From NCBI GenBank assembly GCA_902472585.1, contig CABROM010000001.1, forward strand, positions 221,864 to 285,863: 64,000 nt of DNA, written 5' to 3'. Positions 38,922 through 47,263 of the stretch are shown here, piece by piece (the stretch's first letter is position 1; each line of letters opens with the position of its first letter). A model generated the notes under the pieces. It was given only the letters and a program-made list of their open reading frames with translations. It did not search any database and was not told where the DNA came from. Source of the DNA: an uncultured Clostridium sp. (GTDB taxonomy: Bacteria > Cyanobacteriota > Vampirovibrionia > Gastranaerophilales > Gastranaerophilaceae). The position numbers and the translations under genes were made by a program.

Positions 38922-39120
38922 ACAATTGACCATGCCCCTATATTTATCAAGCAAAAATTCAAGTTCTTAAATCTTAATGAAGAAAACTTAATGAAATAAA
39001 GTAAAAATAAAAAAATTTTTAATTGACATTTTATAATTAGCGATAACATTATATGCTAATTACATGCTTTGTAACTAATAATTATTTTTATAGTAAACTA
39101 TTAATAATGGGGAAAATACA

Positions 39121-40065
39121 ATGAAAGAGTTTATTAAAAATCAAAAAGTTACATACAACCTGATGTCTTTCACAGGTTTCAAAGCTCTTCTTATTTTTTC
39201 GCTGCTTGCAGATGGACCAAAGTCTTATGAAGACATAAATCAATATCTTTTTAACCACCCATATTTAAGAGAAAAAATATCAATAGATACACTAAGAGTT
39301 TACATAAATTCTCTAAAGCGTCTTGGTTGCGAAGTCAAAAGGGTTAGAGGAGAAGACAAAATTTCAAGATACGTTATAACCAAACATCCTTTTGAATTAA
39401 AATTAACACAAGACCAAATTCAAAGTATAATCAAGGTTTACAAAAGTATTGTTAAAAGCATGGATATCAAAGAAATTATTTCGATGGCACATTTCTTTGA
39501 AAAAATAGGTGCATATATTAAAAATCAAGAATTTGTTGCCGAAATCAAAAAAATTTCTATGCTAAACGATGTGGATATCAAGCTTTTGGAAGACTTGGTT
39601 GAATGCTGCGATAAAAAAGAACAAATCGTTATTTTATATAATTCTCCAAATTCAGGTAAAAAAAATGTAGAATTAATTGCAGATAAAATAGAAACTTCAA
39701 ACGGGAAAATTTATCTTTACGGTACCGGTTTTGAATACATGCAATACGGAAGTTTTCTTGTCAGCAGAATTATTAAAATTAATGAAATTAAATTACACTC
39801 AAATATTCCAAAAGATATTAAAAGCTTAAAAATTATATACGAACTAAATTGTGATGAACAAAAAGTTAAATTACTTACTAATGAAAAAATTATAAACTCG
39901 ACAAATAACAAAACCATTGTAGAAATGGACACTTCTAATGAATTTTTAGCAAAACAAAGATTATTAGAATACGGCCCGTTATGCAAAATATTAGAACCTG
40001 AAAGCTTTAAAAAAGATTTTATTAATCTTTTGAAAGATATGAAAGCGGGGTATTATTGTGACTAA
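39121..40065 (+). CDS. WYL-domain transcriptional regulator (wHTH - WYL - WCX architecture), first of a tandem pair
   Basis: N-terminal HTH-like SYEDINQYLFNHP...ISIDTLRVYINSLKRLG. WYL-like beta-barrel segment IVILYNSPNSGKKNVELIADKIETSNGKIYLYGTGFEYMQYGSFLVSRIIKINEI. C-terminal YGPLCKILEPESFK (WCX-like). 314 aa. Confidence 0.65.
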   Translation: MKEFIKNQKVTYNLMSFTGFKALLIFSLLADGPKSYEDINQYLFNHPYLREKISIDTLRVYINSLKRLGCEVKRVRGEDKISRYVITKHPFELKLTQDQIQSIIKVYKSIVKSMDIKEIISMAHFFEKIGAYIKNQEFVAEIKKISMLNDVDIKLLEDLVECCDKKEQIVILYNSPNSGKKNVELIADKIETSNGKIYLYGTGFEYMQYGSFLVSRIIKINEIKLHSNIPKDIKSLKIIYELNCDEQKVKLLTNEKIINSTNNKTIVEMDTSNEFLAKQRLLEYGPLCKILEPESFKKDFINLLKDMKAGYYCD

Positions 40066-40984
40066 AAAATTAACAGAAAAATACAATGATTCCTGCATAA
40101 AGTTGTTCACCTTTATAAAAATGCTATATGAAGGTGATGTTGAATTTAAAAAAGTTATCGATTTACTATCAGACGGAAATTATGACGGAACATCAAACAC
40201 GCATGTAACCCTTAACAAATATCTGAATGCCATGAAAATATTTGGTCTTAAAGTAAAAAAGATTAAGGGCAAATATCACATGTTCAGTTCTATTTATAAA
40301 ATTAAATTCAACCTTGAAGATATCAAAAGTATAAATTTATTAAAAGAAGCTGGTTCAATTCTTCCTGATGGGAAAAATAAAACAAATTTTGAAAGTTTTA
40401 TAAATAGTCTTGAAATGCGTTATGATGAATCCGCACAAAGTCTTGAACAAATTGAAAATAATACAAAGAACTTAAATCTGTCATTTTATCATTCTGAAAT
40501 GGTAGAACAAGTAAAAAAATGCGAAAAATACTGCCAGGATAAATTAAAATTAGAAATTATTTACACAGATGACAAAGGTGAAGAAATAAATCTTGTATGT
40601 TCACCTGTTGAACAAATTTATCAAAAAAGAAAAATTTGTCTGAAAGCAATCGGACAAAACGGAAGCAGAGTATATGAAATTCCGATTGAAAATATAATAT
40701 CAATAAAACAATTACCGTCAGCATCTTCATCACAATCAATTCCAACGACAGTAGTTTACAGAATAAAAAACAGACTTGCCAGAAACTATAAAATTCGTGA
40801 CTGGGAAAGATTAGACAAAATAGAATCTGACGGAAGCCATATAATAGTAAATAAAAACGAAGATTTACATTCTCTTATTAACAGACTTATGAGATATGGC
40901 AGACAATGCGAAATTATATCTCCAAAATTCTTAAAAGAAGAAATGATTGAAAATATAAATAAAACACTTGCGAATTACGAATAA
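40058..40984 (+). CDS. WYL-domain transcriptional regulator, second of the tandem pair (GTG start overlapping the upstream stop by 8 nt)
   Basis: LEIIYTDDKGEEINLVCSPVEQIYQKRKICLKAIGQNGSRVYEIPIENIISIKQL fits the WYL-domain consensus pattern (...Y.d.kGe...r.v.P..l.....wYL.a.c...g..R.FrldRI.s...l). C-terminal MRYGRQCEIISPKFLKEEM (WCX-like). 308 aa. Confidence 0.7.
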   Translation: MTKKLTEKYNDSCIKLFTFIKMLYEGDVEFKKVIDLLSDGNYDGTSNTHVTLNKYLNAMKIFGLKVKKIKGKYHMFSSIYKIKFNLEDIKSINLLKEAGSILPDGKNKTNFESFINSLEMRYDESAQSLEQIENNTKNLNLSFYHSEMVEQVKKCEKYCQDKLKLEIIYTDDKGEEINLVCSPVEQIYQKRKICLKAIGQNGSRVYEIPIENIISIKQLPSASSSQSIPTTVVYRIKNRLARNYKIRDWERLDKIESDGSHIIVNKNEDLHSLINRLMRYGRQCEIISPKFLKEEMIENINKTLANYE

Positions 40985-41073
40985 TTTATCAAATTTTCTA
41001 TTTATTGAATTTATAAATTACATTATTTAACATTCAATTCATTCTTAAATTCATACATGCTAAAATTTTAATT

Positions 41074-44000
41074 ATGGATAAGAACACACAATTTGTACCA
41101 CTACATCTTCACAGTGAATTTTCATTACTGGACGGGGCTATAAAGCTAAAAGAACTTTGCAAATTTGCAAAAGAAAATAACATGCCTGCCGTTGCAATTA
41201 CGGATCACGGTGTTATGTATGGTGCACTTGATTTATATTTGGAAGCAAAAGAAGCAGGAATAAAGCCAATTATAGGTTGTGAATTTTATGTCCATAACGG
41301 AGATATTACAGAAAGAGATCCGAATAACAACCCGAGATATCACTTAATCCTCTTAGCAAAAAACAACGAAGGCTACATGAACCTTGTAAAGCTTGCATCA
41401 GATGCGGCTTGCAAAGGATTTTACATGAAACCTCGTATTAACTTTGAATTATTGAAAGAACGCCATGAAGGAATAATTTGCTGTTCAGCATGTTTAGGCG
41501 GCGAGGTTTTACAAAACTTGCTAAAAGGAGATTATGAAGAAGCCAAAGCTGTTGCCAAACGCTATAAAGATTTATTCGGAGACGATTATTATATAGAACT
41601 TCAAGATCACGGACTGGAAGAACAAAAAAGAACTAACCCTGATTTAATTAAAATTGCAAAAGAGCTTGGGATAAAAATGATTATCACAAACGATTCCCAC
41701 TATTTGCGAAAAGAAGATGCCGACTGGCATGATACATTGCTTTGTATGCAAACTCAGTCTATGAAGGATGAAGAAAATCGTTTCCATTTTCCGAATAACG
41801 AATTTTATGTAAAAACAGTTTCTGAAATGCGTGACGCATTCAAATGGATGGATTCTGAAACTTTTGACGAATGTATTAAAAACACAGTCGATATAGCAGA
41901 ACAATGTCATGTAACAATTAAATGGGAAGCTCCTTTACCAGATTTTCCGGTTCCGCCAAATCATACAACCGATTCTTATTTGGAAGAACTTGTAATGCAA
42001 GGTTTAAAAAAGAAATACAAAGAAGAACAAATAACTCCGGAATTAAAAGAACGTGTAAAATATGAACTCGGAATTATTGAAAAAATGGGATTTTCCGCAT
42101 ACTTCTTAATAACTTGGGATTTTATCCATTTTGCAAAAACTCATGATATTCCGGTAGGTCCAGGTAGAGGTTCAGCGGCAGGTTCAGTTGTTGCATACGC
42201 ACTTGATATTACAGATTTGGATCCAATCAGGCACCATCTGTTGTTTGAAAGATTTTTGAACCCTGAACGTTTCAGCATGCCTGATATTGATACAGACTTT
42301 TGTATTGAAAAACGTGGAGAAGTTATCGATTACGTTGTAAAAAAATACGGAGCAGATAAAGTTTGCCAAATTATTACCTTCAATACACTTGCTGCCAGAA
42401 ACGCATTCAAAAGTGTTGCAAGAGTCTTTGGCATGGAGTATGCAAAGAGTAACAAAACAGCATCTTTAATTGAAGATACTATTGAAGGTTCAATGATTGA
42501 AGGTTCAGAACTTAAAAATTTATATGACACTGATCCTGAAATAAAAAGAGTAATTGATACAGCCAAAAATGTTGAAGGTATAAAATGCGGTATCGGTATG
42601 CATGCTGCAGGTGTAATCATTTCTTACAAACCGCTTGATCAAATCGTACCTGTTCAGCCATCTAAAGACGGAATTATTATTACGCAATACCACAGAGAAA
42701 TTTTAGAGAAAATGAAACTTCTAAAAATGGACTTTTTGGGGTTGCGTAACCTTACTATGATTCATAAGACCGTAAAACTCGTAAAAAAATGTCAGGGAAT
42801 TGATGTTGATATAAATCACATTCCGCTCGATGACAAACCAACTTATGACATGCTTGTTCGAGGAGAAACAGTCGGAGTATTCCAGCTTGAATCTTCCGGC
42901 ATGACAAATTTGGTAAAGAAATTAAAACCTGACGTATTTGAAGATTTAGGCGCTTTAGTAGCTCTATTCAGACCTGGACCTTTAGGATCCGGCATGGTAG
43001 ATGACTTCGTAGAAAGAAAACACGGTCGTCAGGCTATTACTTATGCTCACCCAAGATTGGAACCTATCTTAAAAGATACATACGGAACAATGGTTTACCA
43101 AGAACAGATTATGCAAATCTTCCAGGTTATGGCAGATTATTCTCTTGGGCAAGCCGACCAGGTTCGCCGTATGATGGGGCACAAAGACCCTGTTGCCATG
43201 GCTGCTCAAAAAGATAAGTTAATCGAAGGTTCAGCAAAATATGGCATGAAAGCAGAAGATGCTACAAAACTTTTTGATCAAATTCAAAATTTCGCGGCAT
43301 ACTGCTTTAACAGAGCCCATTCATCAGCCTATGCGTTCGTTGCATATCAAACAGCTTATTTGAAATGCCATTATCCTGTTGAATATTTATCAGCTCTATT
43401 ATCAAGTGTTGCGGGAGATCAGGATAAAACTCAAAGCTATATTGAAGAAGCATTGAAATACGGAATAAAAGTTTTACCGCCTGATATTAACAAGTCATAT
43501 CTTGAATACGCACCTGACGGACATAACATAAGATTTGGACTTGCTTCAATTAAACAAGTAGGAGAAGGTGTAATTGAAGAAATTATAAAAGAAAGAGAAG
43601 AAAACGGCGAATATAAATCAATATATGATTATATTAAACGTTTAGATACAAAATGTTCAAACAAAAAAACGCTTGAAGGCTTGATTAAAGCAGGCGCATT
43701 TGCATCAATTGAAAAAAGCAGAAAACAATTGATGGATAATATTGAATATATAACAGCAACAGCATCAAAAGAATCAAAAGCAAAAGAATCAGGACAAGGA
43801 AGTTTGTTTGACATGCTTGGCGATACAGCAGAAATTGCAGATGCGAAATTTCAACTTTCAGGTTCAGATGAAGAATATGATGCAAGAACATTACAAAATT
43901 TTGAAAAAGAATTTTTGGGCTTTTATGTAACAAGTCACCCGCTATCAACTATAAGGGACAAATTACCGTTTCTTATGACTCATAAAATTTCAGAAATTCC

Positions 44001-44553
44001 TGAACTTCCGAATGACAAGATTGTAACTATCTGCGGACTTGTCACTACAATGCGACAAATTCCGACTAAAAAAGATCCGACAAAATTCATACGCTTTTTA
44101 ACAATAGAAGATTTGTCAGGGAAAATAGAAGCCATCGCATTTAACAGAAAAATTGCGGAATACGGAGATATTCTACAAAGCGAACAACGCGTAATTATTT
44201 CAGGCAAAGTAAACAGAAGAAGCGATGACGAACCGCCATCCATTGTTATAGAAAGCGTAAAAACTGTTGATAATTCAAATATATTTACAATAACACTTCT
44301 TGATGATTTTAAATTTGAAGAAATAGTACTTTTAAAAAATATTTTATGCCAACATTCAGGCTCAGATCCAGTTATGTTTAAACTAAAAGATTTTGATACT
44401 GATGTAAAAATCTTATCAGCATCAATTTTCTGGGTTGAAAGTTCAAATGAGTTGGTAAATCAATTAAAAAGACAATTCGGCGAAAGGCTTGAAACCAATA
44501 TAAGTTCTATGGATACAAACGAAAAAGTGGAAGAAGAACCAACCGCTGCATAA
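41074..44553 (+). CDS. dnaE: DNA polymerase III alpha subunit
   Basis: PHP N-terminus (VPLHLHSEFSLLDGAIK...AITDHGVMYGAL), polymerase core, OB-fold tail. 1159 aa. Confidence 0.95.
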   Translation: MDKNTQFVPLHLHSEFSLLDGAIKLKELCKFAKENNMPAVAITDHGVMYGALDLYLEAKEAGIKPIIGCEFYVHNGDITERDPNNNPRYHLILLAKNNEGYMNLVKLASDAACKGFYMKPRINFELLKERHEGIICCSACLGGEVLQNLLKGDYEEAKAVAKRYKDLFGDDYYIELQDHGLEEQKRTNPDLIKIAKELGIKMIITNDSHYLRKEDADWHDTLLCMQTQSMKDEENRFHFPNNEFYVKTVSEMRDAFKWMDSETFDECIKNTVDIAEQCHVTIKWEAPLPDFPVPPNHTTDSYLEELVMQGLKKKYKEEQITPELKERVKYELGIIEKMGFSAYFLITWDFIHFAKTHDIPVGPGRGSAAGSVVAYALDITDLDPIRHHLLFERFLNPERFSMPDIDTDFCIEKRGEVIDYVVKKYGADKVCQIITFNTLAARNAFKSVARVFGMEYAKSNKTASLIEDTIEGSMIEGSELKNLYDTDPEIKRVIDTAKNVEGIKCGIGMHAAGVIISYKPLDQIVPVQPSKDGIIITQYHREILEKMKLLKMDFLGLRNLTMIHKTVKLVKKCQGIDVDINHIPLDDKPTYDMLVRGETVGVFQLESSGMTNLVKKLKPDVFEDLGALVALFRPGPLGSGMVDDFVERKHGRQAITYAHPRLEPILKDTYGTMVYQEQIMQIFQVMADYSLGQADQVRRMMGHKDPVAMAAQKDKLIEGSAKYGMKAEDATKLFDQIQNFAAYCFNRAHSSAYAFVAYQTAYLKCHYPVEYLSALLSSVAGDQDKTQSYIEEALKYGIKVLPPDINKSYLEYAPDGHNIRFGLASIKQVGEGVIEEIIKEREENGEYKSIYDYIKRLDTKCSNKKTLEGLIKAGAFASIEKSRKQLMDNIEYITATASKESKAKESGQGSLFDMLGDTAEIADAKFQLSGSDEEYDARTLQNFEKEFLGFYVTSHPLSTIRDKLPFLMTHKISEIPELPNDKIVTICGLVTTMRQIPTKKDPTKFIRFLTIEDLSGKIEAIAFNRKIAEYGDILQSEQRVIISGKVNRRSDDEPPSIVIESVKTVDNSNIFTITLLDDFKFEEIVLLKNILCQHSGSDPVMFKLKDFDTDVKILSASIFWVESSNELVNQLKRQFGERLETNISSMDTNEKVEEEPTAA

Positions 44554-44615
44554 AATAATAAAAAAAAACACTTGCAAAAAAAAAATGTTTATGTAATACT
44601 AAAAAAGTACCCGAT

Positions 44616-44687
44616 GCGGGGGTAATTCAGTGGTAGAATGCCTCCTTGCCAAGGAGGATGTCGCGAGTTCGAGCCTCGTCTCCCGCT
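44616..44687 (+). tRNA. tRNA-Gly (anticodon GCC)
   Basis: gcgggggtaattcagtggtagaatgcctccttGCCaaggaggatgtcgcgagttcgagcctcgtctcccgct. Cloverleaf fits (7-bp acceptor with one G-U, D-stem attc/gaat, 5-bp anticodon stem, T-arm gcgag/ctcgt). No CCA encoded. Confidence 0.9.
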
Positions 44688-44693
44688 AATTAA

Positions 44694-44725
44694 AAAAGGA
44701 TTGGATTTATTCCAGTCCTTTTTTA
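44694..44725 (+). terminator. Terminator after tRNA-Gly(GCC)
   Basis: aaaaaaggattggatttattccagtccttttttaa. Confidence 0.7.
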
Positions 44726-44756
44726 ATTTATTGAGATACAGGTGAGAACTTATTTT

Positions 44757-44875
44757 GAGTTCGAGCGAACTGCGAGCAGAGGGCGAAGACTTGACTGCGT
44801 ATGGCTTTAGCCACTTAAGCAGACAAGCGTAGACCTGTTTAACGCGAGCAGGTCAAGACAGCCTCGTCTCCCGTC
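44757..44875 (+). other. Split partial duplicate of the tRNA-Gly 3' end (T-loop ... acceptor) interrupted by a ~100-nt structured insert
   Basis: gagttcgagc (44757-44766) and gcctcgtctcccg (44861-44873) together reproduce cgagttcgagcctcgtctcccg of the adjacent tRNA-Gly. The intervening sequence has internal complementarity (cttgac/gtcaag, tggct/agcca, gacctg/caggtc) and a direct repeat gcgagcag x2. Confidence 0.6.
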
Positions 44876-44949
44876 ATCATTAGATGGAGCTTTTTTATTT
44901 TACTAAATTATTAAAATACAGACTAATATTCACATTCCGTTCACTTAAT

Positions 44950-45610
44950 TTATTTTCTTGGAACATATAAACAAGCGTACTTATCAAAATAAAACAATAT
45001 ACGTCCGTCTTTTAACAGAACTGAATACCCTCCAGGTCTTTTATAAGGCATATTTTTTATCAATACAGATTTACCTGTTTCAGGATTGAATATTTCAGTT
45101 CGATTTTCATATATACCATCTCCTGAAAAATTACCGGATTTTTCAATATTTTGACCTCCATTTACTAAAATATTTCCATCTGGTAATAATGTCATGTTAT
45201 ACAAATAAACTGATCCTCTCGGAACAATTAATTTCCCTAGTTCAACAATTTTAACCAATAAATTTCGTGTTCAAACTGTTCTGAAGGTTCTTTAAATAAA
45301 GGTGCTATAAACAAAATTTTATTTTTGTTTAATCCAATAGCTTTAGTATTATCATGCTTATTAATCGATGTATTGAGAGTTGCAATTTTCTTGAATTTAT
45401 TAGTATTAGGATCAAAATTTATAATATTATCATCAGAAATTATAAATACTCTCCGTCATTAAATTGAACAGGCATCCCCAAATGATAATCAGTATTTATT
45501 TTTTCAAAATGCCCGTTTTTATAATCTAAAGCATAAACATTAGATGGAATTAGCAAATAAAAAAATAATATTACTATTAATAAAAATATTCTTTTATAAC
45601 CCAGCATCAT
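44950..45610 (-). pseudogene. Frameshifted remnant of a secreted Kelch-like/beta-propeller repeat protein gene
   Basis: Minus-strand ATG at 45610 gives a signal peptide MMLGYKRIFLLIVILFFYLLIPSNVYA.... The reading frame is then broken into at least three pieces; the last (44950..45258) carries ...LLPDGNILVNGGQNIEKSGNFSGDGIYENRTEIFNPETGKS... Kelch-like motifs. Confidence 0.6.
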
Positions 45611-45754
45611 TTACAATAAACTCCAACTCTTATCATAAATAAAAGATTAGGGAATTTTACACATTTTGTCAAGCTAAAAAATAAATTTTTAAAAGAATTT
45701 TACTTGCATGATTTATGCATATTTGATAAACTTATAAAGTTAAAATAATAAATT

Positions 45755-45829
45755 GCGGAAGTAATTCAGTGGTAGAATGCAACCTTCCCAAGGTTGACGT
45801 CGCGGGTTCGAGTCCCGTCTTCCGCTCCA
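45755..45829 (+). tRNA. tRNA-Gly (anticodon CCC), CCA encoded
   Basis: gcggaagtaattcagtggtagaatgcaaccttCCCaaggttgacgtcgcgggttcgagtcccgtcttccgctcca. Clean cloverleaf. Confidence 0.88.
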
Positions 45830-45835
45830 TAAAAA

Positions 45836-45866
45836 AATAACCCATAATTCTGGGTTATTTTTTTAT
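45836..45866 (+). terminator. Terminator after tRNA-Gly(CCC)
   Basis: aacccataattctgggttatttttttattt. Confidence 0.75.
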
Positions 45867-45884
45867 TTCTAAATTTTTTTAATT

Positions 45885-46226
45885 TTACCATTTTTTAAAT
45901 ATAAAAAATGCTGCAAAAACAATAAAAATAAATCCAACAAGGTAATTCCACTTAAATTCTTCTTTCAAATACAAAACAGAGAAGAAACTAAATACAATAA
46001 GCGTAATTACTTCTTGTATTGTTTTTAATTGAGCTGCGGAATATACACTGCTACCGATTCTGTTTGCAGGGACTTGAAAACAATATTCAAAAAATGCTAT
46101 TCCCCAACTGATAAGAATAACCGCCCATAGAGCAGTAGATTTGTGTTTTAAATGCCCATACCAGGCAAATGTCATAAATATATTAGAAATTGCTAATAAT
46201 AAAATTGGAGTAAAATATCTTGTCAT
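45885..46226 (-). CDS. Small 4-TM membrane protein (DMT-superfamily-like, DUF486-type)
   Basis: 113 aa, four hydrophobic helices. Family assignment from size and topology only. Confidence 0.4.
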   Translation of the reverse strand: MTRYFTPILLLAISNIFMTFAWYGHLKHKSTALWAVILISWGIAFFEYCFQVPANRIGSSVYSAAQLKTIQEVITLIVFSFFSVLYLKEEFKWNYLVGFIFIVFAAFFIFKKW

Positions 46227-46325
46227 TTATAATCACCTTTCAAAATTCCAAAAATATTATACATCAAATACGAAAGAGAGTATTGACATTTAAATATTTT
46301 CTTAATACAATAGTTCATGTGACTT

Positions 46326-46397
46326 GCCGACTTGGCTCAATGGTAGAGCAACGGTTTTGTAAACCGTAGGTTGTAGGTTCGATTCCTATAGTCGGCA
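46326..46397 (+). tRNA. tRNA-Thr (anticodon UGU)
   Basis: gccgacttggctcaatggtagagcaacggttTTGTAaaccgtaggttgtaggttcgattcctatagtcggca. Anticodon loop tttgtaa. Confidence 0.88.
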
Positions 46398-46429
46398 TTT
46401 TTCTTGAAAATTAAATAAGAATTTTTATA

Positions 46430-46448
46430 TATTTGAGCCTTTGTGGCG
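46430..46448 (+). repeat. 19-nt direct repeat duplicating the 5' flank and first 12 nt of tRNA-Thr(GGU) (second copy 46491-46509)
   Basis: tatttgagcctttgtggcg occurs at 46430 and again at 46491, where it runs into the real tRNA. Confidence 0.85.
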
Positions 46449-46497
46449 AGGATTCATAAGACAAAATGTTTTATGAAAATGATGTAAACTTATTTGA

Positions 46498-46569
46498 GCC
46501 TTTGTGGCGCAGGGGTAGCGCACTCCCTTGGTAAGGGAGAGGCCACGGGTTCAAATCCCGTCAAAGGCA
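46498..46569 (+). tRNA. tRNA-Thr (anticodon GGU)
   Basis: gcctttgtggcgcaggggtagcgcactcccttGGTaagggagaggccacgggttcaaatcccgtcaaaggca. Confidence 0.88.
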
Positions 46570-46587
46570 TTTTTGAAAATTTAATAT

Positions 46588-46673
<86 letters not shown>

Positions 46674-46677
46674 TTTT

Positions 46678-46706
46678 AAAAGATTTCCGAATTAGGAAAT
46701 CTTTTT
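46678..46706 (+). terminator. Terminator after the Thr-Thr-Tyr tRNA cluster
   Basis: aaagatttccgaattaggaaatcttttttt. Confidence 0.75.
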
Positions 46707-46812
46707 TTGTTAGAAGGGTATGAACCACATTTTCAGGGTCAAGCATGAGTGGCTTGAGGCTTGAGTATTTTGCAATAAGATGTAACCTAGCAAAATACAA
46801 AAATTGTATTAT

Positions 46813-47202
46813 TTATTTCATTTGTTCTGGAGTCATAATCCACAAATCAATATTATGACAATTTGCGACTGATTTTACACGTTTTATATATTTTTCATCA
46901 CTTTGACCATTTTCAGAAATTAAAACAATTCCGGCTTTTTTATGAAGTTGTTGACCGTAATACAACGATTGTCCGATACTTTCTGCCCATTTTTTTGTGA
47001 AATCAAATTCAATCGCATGAGTTTTTGTCACACAATCAACCCTTGTTTTATCAGGCAAAATCACCTATGTTACACCGCCATTTGCTCTACACCATGCATT
47101 TTGATATTCCTTTTCATAATATTTATGAGTTTTGGGAGTAGAAGCATATACAGACAATGAAATAATATTCATTATTAAAATCAATAATAAAAATTGCTTC
47201 AT
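46813..47202 (-). pseudogene. Secreted small protein gene interrupted by a single in-frame TAG (45 codons - TAG - 84 codons)
   Basis: Minus-strand ATG at 47202 gives MKQFLLLILIMNIISLSVYASTPKTHKYYEKEYQNAWCRANGGVT, then TAG (+ strand cta at 47065-47067), then VILPDKTRVDCVTKTHAIEFDFTKKWAESIGQSLYYGQQL.... The halves are in the same frame. Confidence 0.6.
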
Positions 47203-47263
47203 ATATTAATTTTACAATTTTATTGATAATTATAAAATTAGCTAAACGTGTAAAATTATTATT

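Noticed and set aside
44757-44875. tmRNA (ssrA) or a second tRNA gene next to tRNA-Gly
   Set aside because: No T-arm/acceptor pairing that would form a tRNA-like domain. No resume codon or tag ORF ending in ...LAA in any frame. Only fragments of the neighbouring tRNA-Gly are present.
46813-47202. Genetic-code reassignment of TAG, or of TGA elsewhere
   Set aside because: All long genes in the window terminate normally with TAA/TGA/TAG and have no internal stops. The single in-frame TAG is more simply a nonsense mutation in a decaying region.
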